A DNA stretch of 64,000 bases from Singulisphaera sp. GP187 (GTDB lineage: Bacteria; Planctomycetota; Planctomycetia; Gemmatales; Gemmataceae): contig CAMAUE010000009.1 of the NCBI GenBank assembly GCA_945861245.1, positions 60 through 64,059 on the forward strand, read 5' to 3'. Shown here in pieces: positions 36,461 through 44,351 of the stretch. The stretch's first letter is position 1. Every line of letters begins with the position of its first letter. A program made the position numbers and the translations under genes. Under the pieces are notes generated by a model. That model saw only the letters and a program-made list of their open reading frames with translations. It did not search any database and had not been told where the DNA came from.

Positions 36461-37129
36461 ATGTTCAAATTCACATCGATTGTTTCGGTTTTCACCGCGG
36501 CTGTCATTGGCGCGATTATGGCGCTGCCGGCCCACGGCCAATTGCAGCCGCCCAAAAAAAACACGACCAAAGGCAATAACGCTCCGGTGCAGCAACCGAT
36601 ACAGCAGCCCAATCCCAACAATCCGATCGATCCGAACTCGAATCCGGCTCTGAAACCGCCTACAAATAGCTACCGAATACTTCAGAAGCAACAAGAAATC
36701 CAAGGCAAGAATCAAGCAAGTTTTCAGGAATTCTTCCAAAACCGTGCCATCCTGAATTCGATCTCAGGCGGGGCGAACCCCCTTCAGCAACAGAACCCGT
36801 TCATGAACCCGTTCCAACAGAATCAGTTTCAGCAGAACCCGTTCCAACAGAATCAGTTTCAGCAGAACCCGTTCATGAACCCGTTCCAACAAAACCAGTT
36901 TCAGCAGAACCCGTTCATGAATCCGTTCCAACAAAACCAGTTTCAGCAAAATCCATTTGCAACGCCGATGCAGCAGAATCCGTTTGCGAATCCGTTTCAG
37001 CAGCAGAACCCATTCGCGAACCCGTTCCAGCAGAATCCGTTTCAACAACCGTTCAACCAGCCCGGCGTCTTCAACGCCCCGTTCGGTGTAGCCCCGTTCC
37101 AACCCGGTGCGTTCGGTCGAGGCGGCTGA
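36461..37129 (+). CDS. Secreted low-complexity Q/N/P/F-rich protein with tandem NPF(Q/M)-QNQFQQ repeats
   Basis: ATG 36461 with GGAGG 7 nt upstream. Signal peptide MFKFTSIVSVFTAAVIGAIMALPAHGQ. The C-terminal two thirds are almost entirely NPFQQNQFQQ / NPFMNPFQQNQFQQ / NPFANPFQQ units. Confidence 0.75.
   Translation: MFKFTSIVSVFTAAVIGAIMALPAHGQLQPPKKNTTKGNNAPVQQPIQQPNPNNPIDPNSNPALKPPTNSYRILQKQQEIQGKNQASFQEFFQNRAILNSISGGANPLQQQNPFMNPFQQNQFQQNPFQQNQFQQNPFMNPFQQNQFQQNPFMNPFQQNQFQQNPFATPMQQNPFANPFQQQNPFANPFQQNPFQQPFNQPGVFNAPFGVAPFQPGAFGRGG
36785..37060 (+). repeat. Coding tandem repeat (30- and 42-nt units) inside the Q/N-rich gene
   Basis: aacccgttccaacagaatcagtttcagcag occurs twice consecutively. 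Then aacccgttcatgaa(c/t)ccgttccaacaaaaccagtttcagca(g/a) occurs twice, followed by degenerate units. Confidence 0.85.
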
Positions 37130-37161
37130 GAGTTGTAGCGCCCCTCAATATGCCTATTCCC

Positions 37162-37206
37162 CGTTTAGCGCCCGCTTGGCTCCTTGCATTGCACGGGTGC
37201 TAAACG
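37162..37206. repeat. Short gtttagcg-type hairpin between convergent genes
   Basis: cgtttagcgcccg ... cgggtgctaaacg followed by aaaaaa. A second hairpin (gccgaga tattaac tctcggc) follows. Confidence 0.6.
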
Positions 37207-37285
37207 AAAAAAGCTGAATTTCGGGGTGCGTTGGCTCTGAGAGCCGAGATATTAACTCTCGGCGCTCATCTTTTATTTCCTAAAG

Positions 37286-39424
37286 CTACTCCTCCTCCTC
37301 GTCCGTCATTTTCGCCTTGCTCACAATCTGTAGCTGAACGTTGCCTGGCACGATGTCGTAGTGGCTGAATTCCATTGTGTATGAGCCTTGCCCTTGTGTG
37401 ATGCTGCCAAGTTGGGCGGCGTAGCGTGTTACCTCCGCAAGCGGAGCGATCGCCTTGATGACCGCAAGATCGCCGGGCAAGCTGTCCTGATCTTCGACGC
37501 GTGCTCGCTTGGTGTTGAGATCGCTCAGGATCGCTCCCGTGTATTTCGAAGGTACGGTCACATCCATGTGCACGATCGGTTCGAGCAGGACGGCATGGGC
37601 CTCGCGGAATGCCTTCTTGAAGCACATACGGGCTGCGGTTTTGAACGCCGCTTCCGAGCTGTCAACGTCGTGCGACTTTCCGAAGTGAACCTCGACGGCG
37701 ACATCCTGCATGCGGAAGCCGGCGAGGGCGCCTTGGTCAAGCACTTCCTTGCAGCCTTTTTCGATGGCGGGAATGAACTGGTTCGGAATCGACCCGCCGA
37801 CGATGTGGTCGATGAACGCGAAGTTGTGAACTGGATCGTAATGAGCGCAGCGCATCTTCTCGAACTTCCCCTTGTTGGCGAATTTTTCGAGCAGTTCGTG
37901 TTCGGATTTGATGTGCAGGTCTTTGAGCGGATAGACACGCAAATGGACTTTGCCGAATTGCCCACGTCCGCCGCTTTGCTTTTTGTGCTGATATTCGGCG
38001 TCCGACGTGCCCGTGATCGTTTCGCGGTACGGTATCTTCGGTTCGTGCGTGATAATTTCAAGGTCATAGCGTGACCGCAAACGTGCGCGAACGATATCGA
38101 GATGAAGCTGGCTCATGCCGGTGATGACCATTTCCTTCGTCTGGGCATCGCGGGTGATTTTGAAGGTTGGGTCTTCGTCGGCGATTTTTTGCAAGCTGCC
38201 GGAAATCTTTTGTTCGTCCCCTCGTGATTTCGGTTCGACGGCCAGGCCGTACATCGGCGTCGGAAAACGGGGGGCGGGAAGCTTCGGCGCGGTCGTGGAA
38301 TAAGCGACGGTATCGCCGAGGTGCAAATCTTCGACCTTGGCCACGGCGATGATGTCGCCAGGCTTGGCGTCGGGCACGGGCTTTGTCGTCTTTCCCTGCG
38401 GCAGCAAAACGCCGCTCGTGCGCCCGCCGCGGCCGGTGCGGAGGCTGACCAGCGCGTGGTCCGGCGTCAACTTGCCGGAGAGCACGCGGAAGTAGCTGAG
38501 CGCGCCGACGAATTTGTCGGAAATCGTCTTGAACACCTGGCCGACGAACTCACCCGATTCGTTCGGCTCGATGACGACTTCCTCGCCGCTCTTGATGCCT
38601 TTGCGTTTGGTCGCTGTTTTTGGCGACGGCGTGTACTTGACGATGACATCCAACAGTTCAGCGACGCCGATGTCCTTGTCCTTCTTGGCTGCCGTGCAGA
38701 GAATCGGGATGACCGAGCCCGATGCGATGGCCTTGGGCAGAGCGCTGAGTAGTTCGTCGGTGCTGAGATCGCCTTCGCTGAGATACTTTTCCATCAATGC
38801 TTCGTCAACTTCGACGATGCTATCAAGCAGCAGCGATCGTTCGGTAGCGAGATTGATGGTGCAACCCGCGGGCAGGGTGGCAGGCGGAGTGATCAAGTTG
38901 ACGATGCCGGTGAAGCTGGGGCCGATGCCGATCGGCGCGTTGAGAAGCACGCACGCTTTGCCAAAGGTGTCGCGGAGAACTTTGAGGAGATCGTCGAAAT
39001 GGGCGTTCTCGCCGTCGAGTTTGTTGATAACGATGATGCGAGCGAGATCACGTTTGCCCGCTTCAGTGAACATGCGACGGGTATTAACTTGGACGCCGCC
39101 CGTCGCGGACACGACGATGACGGCGGAATCGACGGCGTTAAGTCCGCCAAGCGCTTGGCCGAGAAACTCGGGCTTGCCGGGGGTGTCGATTAAATAGACG
39201 CGTTTGCCTAGATTGTCGAAATGCAGGACCGAGGAATCGATGGAATACTTGTGTTTTTTTTCTTCGTCGTCGAAATCGGAGATGCTGGTAAGGTCATCGA
39301 CACAGCCGCGGCGGTCGTTGGCCTTTGCTTTGAAAAGGATCGCGTCGGCCAGCGAAGTCTTACCAGCGACTTCGTGGCCGACCAATGCAACGGTGCGAAT
39401 GTCATCCACAGAATAGTTTGCCAT
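37286..39424 (-). CDS. EF-G-like translational GTPase paralogue with divergent G motifs
   Basis: 712 aa from ATG 39424 (MANYSVDDIRTVALVGHEVAGKTSL). G1 GHEVAGKTS, G3 DTPGKPEF, G4 NKLD, then EF-G domain II-V-like sequence through to the C-terminus. Canonical EF-G has AHIDAGKTT and DTPGHVDF. Confidence 0.85.
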   Translation of the reverse strand: MANYSVDDIRTVALVGHEVAGKTSLADAILFKAKANDRRGCVDDLTSISDFDDEEKKHKYSIDSSVLHFDNLGKRVYLIDTPGKPEFLGQALGGLNAVDSAVIVVSATGGVQVNTRRMFTEAGKRDLARIIVINKLDGENAHFDDLLKVLRDTFGKACVLLNAPIGIGPSFTGIVNLITPPATLPAGCTINLATERSLLLDSIVEVDEALMEKYLSEGDLSTDELLSALPKAIASGSVIPILCTAAKKDKDIGVAELLDVIVKYTPSPKTATKRKGIKSGEEVVIEPNESGEFVGQVFKTISDKFVGALSYFRVLSGKLTPDHALVSLRTGRGGRTSGVLLPQGKTTKPVPDAKPGDIIAVAKVEDLHLGDTVAYSTTAPKLPAPRFPTPMYGLAVEPKSRGDEQKISGSLQKIADEDPTFKITRDAQTKEMVITGMSQLHLDIVRARLRSRYDLEIITHEPKIPYRETITGTSDAEYQHKKQSGGRGQFGKVHLRVYPLKDLHIKSEHELLEKFANKGKFEKMRCAHYDPVHNFAFIDHIVGGSIPNQFIPAIEKGCKEVLDQGALAGFRMQDVAVEVHFGKSHDVDSSEAAFKTAARMCFKKAFREAHAVLLEPIVHMDVTVPSKYTGAILSDLNTKRARVEDQDSLPGDLAVIKAIAPLAEVTRYAAQLGSITQGQGSYTMEFSHYDIVPGNVQLQIVSKAKMTDEEEE

Positions 39425-39490
39425 AAATCCTCCGGAAGAGTCCGGCGAGCGGCAAGCCATCGGTCGGTGCATCGGCTCCTAGCAAAGACT

Positions 39491-39660
39491 ATTCACCGCA
39501 GAGAGGGCGGAGAACGCGGAGAAGACACGATAATAAAACAGAGCTTGAATTCAGTCGGCATCAAATTGGGTCCGAAGAAAATGCCCTGTCAGGCGAAATG
39601 TCTTTCGTTGTCCCATCAGTTCCTTTCTCTGCGCTCTCCGCGTGCTCCGCGGTGAACAAT
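39491..39660. repeat. Family E-like inverted repeat pair (caccgcagagag..gcggagaa type)
   Basis: attcaccgcagagagggcggagaacgcggagaag on the left and cctttctctgcgctctccgcgtgctccgcggtgaacaat on the right are imperfect reverse complements flanking about 100 bp. Confidence 0.6.
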
Positions 39661-39754
39661 TCGTGCTAAGTTGAAACGCTACGACCGGTCGGCCCGCGCT
39701 CGCACTGTTGTGTTACCTGAAGTGATTATGACCGAAGTCGCGCAGAAAAACACT

Positions 39755-40474
39755 CTATTTTTTTGAAAGTTGCATAAAAACTTCACGTAGCGACAAGCTC
39801 CCTTCATAAATCGCGCGGCCGATAATGGCGCCGGCCAGGCCTGCATCGCGCAGTTGGACGACATCGTCGAGCGTCGTCACTCCGCCCGAAGCGATCACGG
39901 GAAGCGTTGACGCCTGGGTCATTTCCTGCATGCCGGCGACGTTGGCGCCCTGCATCATCCCATCCCGGCTGATGTCGGTATAGATGATCGCCGACAACGG
40001 TGGCTTCGCACATTGGCGTGCCAGGTCGATCGCCGAAATCTCCGACACGTCCAGCCAACCTTGTGTAGCGACGCGTCCGTTCTTGGCGTCGATGCCGAGC
40101 ACGATTCGGCCTGGAAAAAGCTCTGTCATCTGTGAGAGCCAGCTCGGCGATTGCAATGCTTTGGTGCCCACGATGGCGCGCGTCACGCCCCAGGAAAGCG
40201 CTTCGCGGAGGTCGGCCTCGGATCGCAATCCGCCGCCGAGTTGGCATGGCACACCTGCGGCTTTGATGATGGCGCGAACGGTGGCGCCGTTGACGGGGCG
40301 GCCCTCCTTCGCGCCGTCGAGGTCAACGAGGTGGAGATAGGTCGCGCCTTCATCGACCCAGCGTTTCGCCATCGCCGCCGGGTCGGCCCCAAAGACGGTT
40401 TCCTGCGCATAGTCGCCCTGCCTGAGCCGAACGCATTGGCCGCCGCGAATGTCGATTGCAGGATAGATTTGCAT
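39755..40474 (-). CDS. hisA: ProFAR isomerase HisA
   Basis: Start taken at ATG 40474 (MQIYPAIDIRGGQCVRLRQGDY). Also LHLVDLDGA and VIASGGVTTLDDV. The track's 15 extra codons (SAKPQAEF...) derive from a family A repeat. Confidence 0.9.
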   Translation of the reverse strand: MQIYPAIDIRGGQCVRLRQGDYAQETVFGADPAAMAKRWVDEGATYLHLVDLDGAKEGRPVNGATVRAIIKAAGVPCQLGGGLRSEADLREALSWGVTRAIVGTKALQSPSWLSQMTELFPGRIVLGIDAKNGRVATQGWLDVSEISAIDLARQCAKPPLSAIIYTDISRDGMMQGANVAGMQEMTQASTLPVIASGGVTTLDDVVQLRDAGLAGAIIGRAIYEGSLSLREVFMQLSKK

Positions 40475-40492
40475 GAATGATCGCCTTGTATT

Positions 40493-40517
40493 GAATTCCG
40501 CTTGCGGCTTAGCGCTC
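40493..40517. repeat. Family A repeat, solitary left arm immediately upstream of hisA
   Basis: gaattccgcttgcggcttagcgctc with no right arm following. Confidence 0.7.
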
Positions 40518-40554
40518 ACATCACGCCACGCGATCGCCTGGCGCCGATCCGCAC

Positions 40555-41187
40555 CTACATCGCGCTAAAGTTCCGCAACATCGCCAGGCCCACGGCCTGA
40601 CTCTTTTCCGGATGAAACTGCGTCGCCATCACGTTGTCGCGCCAGATCGCTGAAGTGAATGGCGTCGGATAATCGGTCTCCGCCGCGATGATCGTCGGAT
40701 CCGTCGGCTTCACATAATACCCATGCACGAAATAAACCGTAGGCTCGCTCGGCAGGTCGCGAAAGATCGGCGCTGGCTGGCGAATGCGAAGTTGGTTCCA
40801 GCCCATATGCGGTATCTTCAGGCCGGGCTGCGCGTCGAACCGCACGATCTCGCCTGGGAAGATGTTCAATCCTTCCCAGACGCCTTCCTCGTAGCTGCGT
40901 GTGAACAAGAGTTGCAGGCCGAGGCAGATACCCAGAAACGGCTTGTTCGATTGAATGTGCGCTTTGATCGGCTCGACAAATCCCGATTTGCGCAACATCG
41001 CAATCGCATCGCGAAACGCGCCGACGCCGGGTAACACGACGCGGTCCGCCTCGGCCACACGTTGCGGGTCTGCGGAGATTTCGGCGGCCGTACCGACCTT
41101 CTCGAATGCCTTCTGCACGCTTCGCAGATTCGCCATGCCGTAGTCGATGATAATGATCGGTTTCACAAAAAAATCCCGCCCTACCAT
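40555..41187 (-). CDS. hisH: Imidazole glycerol phosphate synthase, glutamine amidotransferase subunit HisH
   Basis: Start taken at ATG 41187. IIIIDYGMANLRSVQKAF, PFLGICLGLQLL (nucleophile Cys), ATQFHPEKS (His-Glu). Confidence 0.9.
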   Translation of the reverse strand: MVGRDFFVKPIIIIDYGMANLRSVQKAFEKVGTAAEISADPQRVAEADRVVLPGVGAFRDAIAMLRKSGFVEPIKAHIQSNKPFLGICLGLQLLFTRSYEEGVWEGLNIFPGEIVRFDAQPGLKIPHMGWNQLRIRQPAPIFRDLPSEPTVYFVHGYYVKPTDPTIIAAETDYPTPFTSAIWRDNVMATQFHPEKSQAVGLAMLRNFSAM

Positions 41188-41192
41188 GTTTG

Positions 41193-41258
41193 TGTATTCC
41201 GCTTGCGGCTTAGCGCTCATGTCGGCTGTTCCGAGCGCTAAGCCGCAAGCGGAATACA
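41193..41258. repeat. Family A palindromic repeat (complete hairpin) upstream of hisH
   Basis: tgtattccgcttgcggcttagcgctc / gagcgctaagccgcaagcggaataca, perfect 26-nt arms with a 14-nt loop. Confidence 0.9.
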
Positions 41259-41268
41259 ATACGGGCCA

Positions 41269-42372
41269 TCATTGAATTCCGGCGCCGCCGCCACGAATCA
41301 ACCTTAGAGCAAAGCTAATAACGAACATCATTCCGCCGATGACGAGCGAAGTGGCGACCATCAACTCCAGCCAGAAAAAGGCCGGGCGAATGTGCTCGCC
41401 GATCGCGTGCCATGCGAGGCAGGTCGCCAAGACGCTGAGCGAAAGCGAGGGGCCGAAGGGCAGTGAATTGTCGCGTTTGACGATCAACAACACGATGCCG
41501 AACAACAGGGCTGGAAACACACTGAGGAAGAACGCCACGATGATGATCTGCCAGCCGAGAAAGCTGCCTGCCATCATCATGAGGTCGGCGTCGCCCAGGC
41601 CGAGCGCTTCTTTGCCGAGGCCCTTGCCGAAAAGAAAGCCGATTGCGCGAACGAGAAACGTGCCGATGAGGGCGCCGCAAACACCTGTCGCCAGGCCGGT
41701 CTGCCAGTTCCCGCCGCCGTCCGCCCAGGCTGGTAACGGGCCCCAGAACGGCCAGCAGTAGACGCCATGCAGTAACTTGTTGTCGGGCGTCTGCCACGAG
41801 GCCATGTCGCCCGCCATGAGAATCGGCGGTCCCGCTGTTGCCGATTCGTGAGGCCAAGGCCAGGGCAGCAACGTCGAGCCGATCAACCCGATCAACGTGC
41901 CCGTCAACGTCAGCGACAGCGGAATTTCGCGTGTCCGCAGATCGCACACGGATGCGACCATCAAGAACGAAAACAGCAACGCATGCCAGCCGAACCCGAT
42001 CCAACTCCGCCAGGGGAATACAGACATACTCACTGCCATCGGATCGGGGCAAGGCCAATGGTGAACGTCGGCGATCACTTCGAGCCAAAATAGCCCCACG
42101 AAGCCCAGCGCCGTCGCCAGTTCGACGAAAAAGTAGCCGATCGAATACGACTCGCCACAGGTTCGGCAACGCCCGCGCAACCAGAGATAGCTGATCAGCG
42201 GAATGTTGTCGAACCAGCTTATCGCCTGCAGGCAGTTTCCGCAGCTTGAATTGGGCCAGAGCAAGCTTTTCTCCAATGGCATTCGAACGATCGCGACGTT
42301 CAGAAAGCTGCCAACGCACGCTCCGACCGTGAACACAAACAGCAGCGTCAGCATTAAAATCATGAATCCCAT
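41269..42372 (-). CDS. Prepilin (type IV leader) peptidase, A24 family
   Basis: GACVGSFLNVAIVRMPLEKSLLWPNSSCGNCLQAISWFDNIPLISYLWLRGRCRTCG (four-Cys motif), then a multi-TM body with GLGDADLMMMAGSFLG. Confidence 0.9.
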   Translation of the reverse strand: MGFMILMLTLLFVFTVGACVGSFLNVAIVRMPLEKSLLWPNSSCGNCLQAISWFDNIPLISYLWLRGRCRTCGESYSIGYFFVELATALGFVGLFWLEVIADVHHWPCPDPMAVSMSVFPWRSWIGFGWHALLFSFLMVASVCDLRTREIPLSLTLTGTLIGLIGSTLLPWPWPHESATAGPPILMAGDMASWQTPDNKLLHGVYCWPFWGPLPAWADGGGNWQTGLATGVCGALIGTFLVRAIGFLFGKGLGKEALGLGDADLMMMAGSFLGWQIIIVAFFLSVFPALLFGIVLLIVKRDNSLPFGPSLSLSVLATCLAWHAIGEHIRPAFFWLELMVATSLVIGGMMFVISFALRLIRGGGAGIQ

Positions 42373-42562
42373 CCACGTCCGGAGATCGGTGCCTCTGCAA
42401 TCGATTATATATTTTCACTGACATTGCTTAATACGTGATTTTATCTATCGTGGCTTGACGTAGGGCGTCCGCCCGTCGTGGTAATTGCTTGCCGTAGCCA
42501 TAACGTTCCGCATGATTGCTACGGTAACAGGATACAACTCGCAAATGTTTAGGAGTCGTCGC

Positions 42563-43243
42563 ATGCGCATCGCACTGTCGCTTCCTGTTTTCGTCCTTAC
42601 GCTCGCCGTCCCATCGTTTGCCGGTACGCTGAAAGAAACGCCTGCGACGCTGATGCTACAACCGGGCAAGTTGCTGCATAGCGAGGATTTCACGCAACCG
42701 CTCGCCAAGGGTTGGATTGAAGGCAAGGGCAAATGGCTCATCGCCGATGGCGTCCTTCGCGGGGCCGAATTGGCGGCGGACATGCACGGCGCGGTCAAGC
42801 GTTTGCCCGTCAAGTTCGATAGCGCGGTTATTCAATATTCGTTCAAAATCGACGGCGCGAAGGTCACGTCGTTGAGCATCAACGCGGCCAAGGGGCATAT
42901 CTCGCGCGTCAAAATTACCTCGACCGGGCTTAGTGTGCAGAAGGATGCTGACAAAAAGAAAAACGAAAAAGCCGTTGTTCTCGATACCGTCACCACATCG
43001 ATCTCGTCAAACGAATGGCACACAATCGTCGTCGAACTCAACGGCAAGGACATCATCGCAAAGCTCGACGGCAAACACGTCGCGCTCGGCTCGCACGACG
43101 GCATCGCCATGCCCAAGGCGAACATCGGCTTCACCGTCGCCGGCGAATCGATGTCGTTCAAGAACCTACGCGTCTACGAGGGGACGCCACTGCCAACCTG
43201 GAACACGACCAAGGCGAAGATCCTAGCCGAGCGAGGCAAGTAG
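42563..43243 (+). CDS. Secreted DUF1080-like (concanavalin/LamG-fold) protein
   Basis: ATG 42563 has AGGAG 7 nt upstream (alternative ATG 42545). Signal peptide MRIALSLPVFVLTLAVPSFAG. GKGKWLIADGVLRG ... MSFKNLRVYE resembles DUF1080 termini. Tentative. Confidence 0.5.
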   Translation: MRIALSLPVFVLTLAVPSFAGTLKETPATLMLQPGKLLHSEDFTQPLAKGWIEGKGKWLIADGVLRGAELAADMHGAVKRLPVKFDSAVIQYSFKIDGAKVTSLSINAAKGHISRVKITSTGLSVQKDADKKKNEKAVVLDTVTTSISSNEWHTIVVELNGKDIIAKLDGKHVALGSHDGIAMPKANIGFTVAGESMSFKNLRVYEGTPLPTWNTTKAKILAERGK

Positions 43244-43253
43244 GCTATTTACC

Positions 43254-43313
43254 GTATTTCGCTTGCGGCTTAGCGCTTGGGACATCCCGCGTGATCCTAA
43301 GCCGCTACCATAC
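43254..43313. repeat. Family A repeat with degenerate right arm
   Basis: The left arm gtatttcgcttgcggcttagcgct is intact. The right arm is decayed to cctaagccgctaccatac. Confidence 0.65.
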
Positions 43314-43475
43314 CATCCGCTCCGAAGTGAACGTCTGAGCATGGCATCGTAAATAAATTTCCATTTTCCACTGGATTTGCAGCTGGCATTTTCCGTATAC
43401 TCTCAACACCTTTTCCATCGCAGGAAAAGCCAAGGCAGGCAACACGATTTATCTCCAAGGAAAGGAGTCCTTACG

Positions 43476-44192
43476 ATGTTCGTTTCCAACAACCCCACTC
43501 CCATTGCCATCTACGGTTCCGAGGTCCACCTCAAAGGTCGAGGCGTTGGCCTATGGACAACCGGCTATCATGGCACACTCGCAGCGGCAGGCGCCAAGCC
43601 GGTGTTTCTCAAGCCCGCGCGCGGCGATCGGTCCTGGGGTGAAATCCTCGAGGGCACAGTTGGCGTCGTCGCTTGCGGCTTCGATCAGGGTACGCCTGGA
43701 AAAATGGGCGATGTCGAATCGCTTTGCATGTGGTGTCGTGAGAACCGCTTCCCGCTTCTCGCCATCGACAGCGGCATGCTGGCGATGAACGCGGCCTTCG
43801 GCGGTTTGAACTATGCCGACCTGTCACGCGAGATGCCCGAAGCGCTTCAGCATCGTCATCCGCCAGAGTACGGCGTTCGGCACGCTATCAACATCTTGCC
43901 GGATACGCTGATGGCCAAGCTGATGGGCGAAGGCGAAGTCGTCGTCAACAGCGAGCATCGTGCCGGTATTCAGCGTTTGGCACGCGATTTCGTGGCGACG
44001 GCGGTTGCGCTGGACAATGTCATCGAAGCTATCGAGTACAAGAAAGATAATTGGTTTGCCCTCGGCGTGCAATGGCAGCCCGCGTCGACCTCGGCGTCGG
44101 GGCTTGACATCCAGGTCTTCCGCGCCTTGCTTGATGCCGCTGTGCCTGCGACCGCCTTCGGTACCAAACCGGCCCTGGCGATGGCGGGGTGA
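43476..44192 (+). CDS. Class I glutamine amidotransferase-like (peptidase C26/PuuD-like) protein lacking the catalytic triad
   Basis: ATG 43476 with AAGGAAAGGAG upstream. PLLAIDSGMLAMNAAFGG aligns to the P.LGICRGMQ.LN motif with Cys replaced. VNSEHRAGI aligns to VNS.HHQA. LGVQWQPAS aligns to LGVQWHPE with His-Glu replaced. Confidence 0.65.
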   Translation: MFVSNNPTPIAIYGSEVHLKGRGVGLWTTGYHGTLAAAGAKPVFLKPARGDRSWGEILEGTVGVVACGFDQGTPGKMGDVESLCMWCRENRFPLLAIDSGMLAMNAAFGGLNYADLSREMPEALQHRHPPEYGVRHAINILPDTLMAKLMGEGEVVVNSEHRAGIQRLARDFVATAVALDNVIEAIEYKKDNWFALGVQWQPASTSASGLDIQVFRALLDAAVPATAFGTKPALAMAG

Positions 44193-44203
44193 TTTTCGAT
44201 TTC

Positions 44204-44269
44204 GTGTATTCCGCTTGCGGCTTAGCGCTCGAGCAATCCCGCGCGAGCGCTAAGCCGCAAGCGGAATAC
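44204..44269. repeat. Family A palindromic repeat between convergent genes
   Basis: gtgtattccgcttgcggcttagcgctcg / cgagcgctaagccgcaagcggaatac, 12-nt loop. Confidence 0.9.
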
Positions 44270-44351
44270 CGGAAACGCTCACGCCTTGCTCGGCAAGAAC
44301 TGATTCGCCACGTTAGCCTTGGCCGGCGCATTATGCGCGCCGGCGTTCATC

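Noticed and set aside
40475-40519. N-terminal extensions MSAKPQAEF... (hisA), MYSACGLALGTADMSAKPQAEYTN (hisH, 41188-41259), and similar extensions on the SDR (14924-15067), CPBP (51864-52061) and permease (34465-34536) ORFs
   Set aside because: The extra codons are translations of palindromic repeat arms. Conserved protein N-termini and better RBS-ATG pairs lie downstream.
41315-42424. 369-aa ORF overlapping the prepilin peptidase gene in another frame
   Set aside because: It is extremely Arg-rich with no motifs. The co-located frame carries the full A24 peptidase signature.
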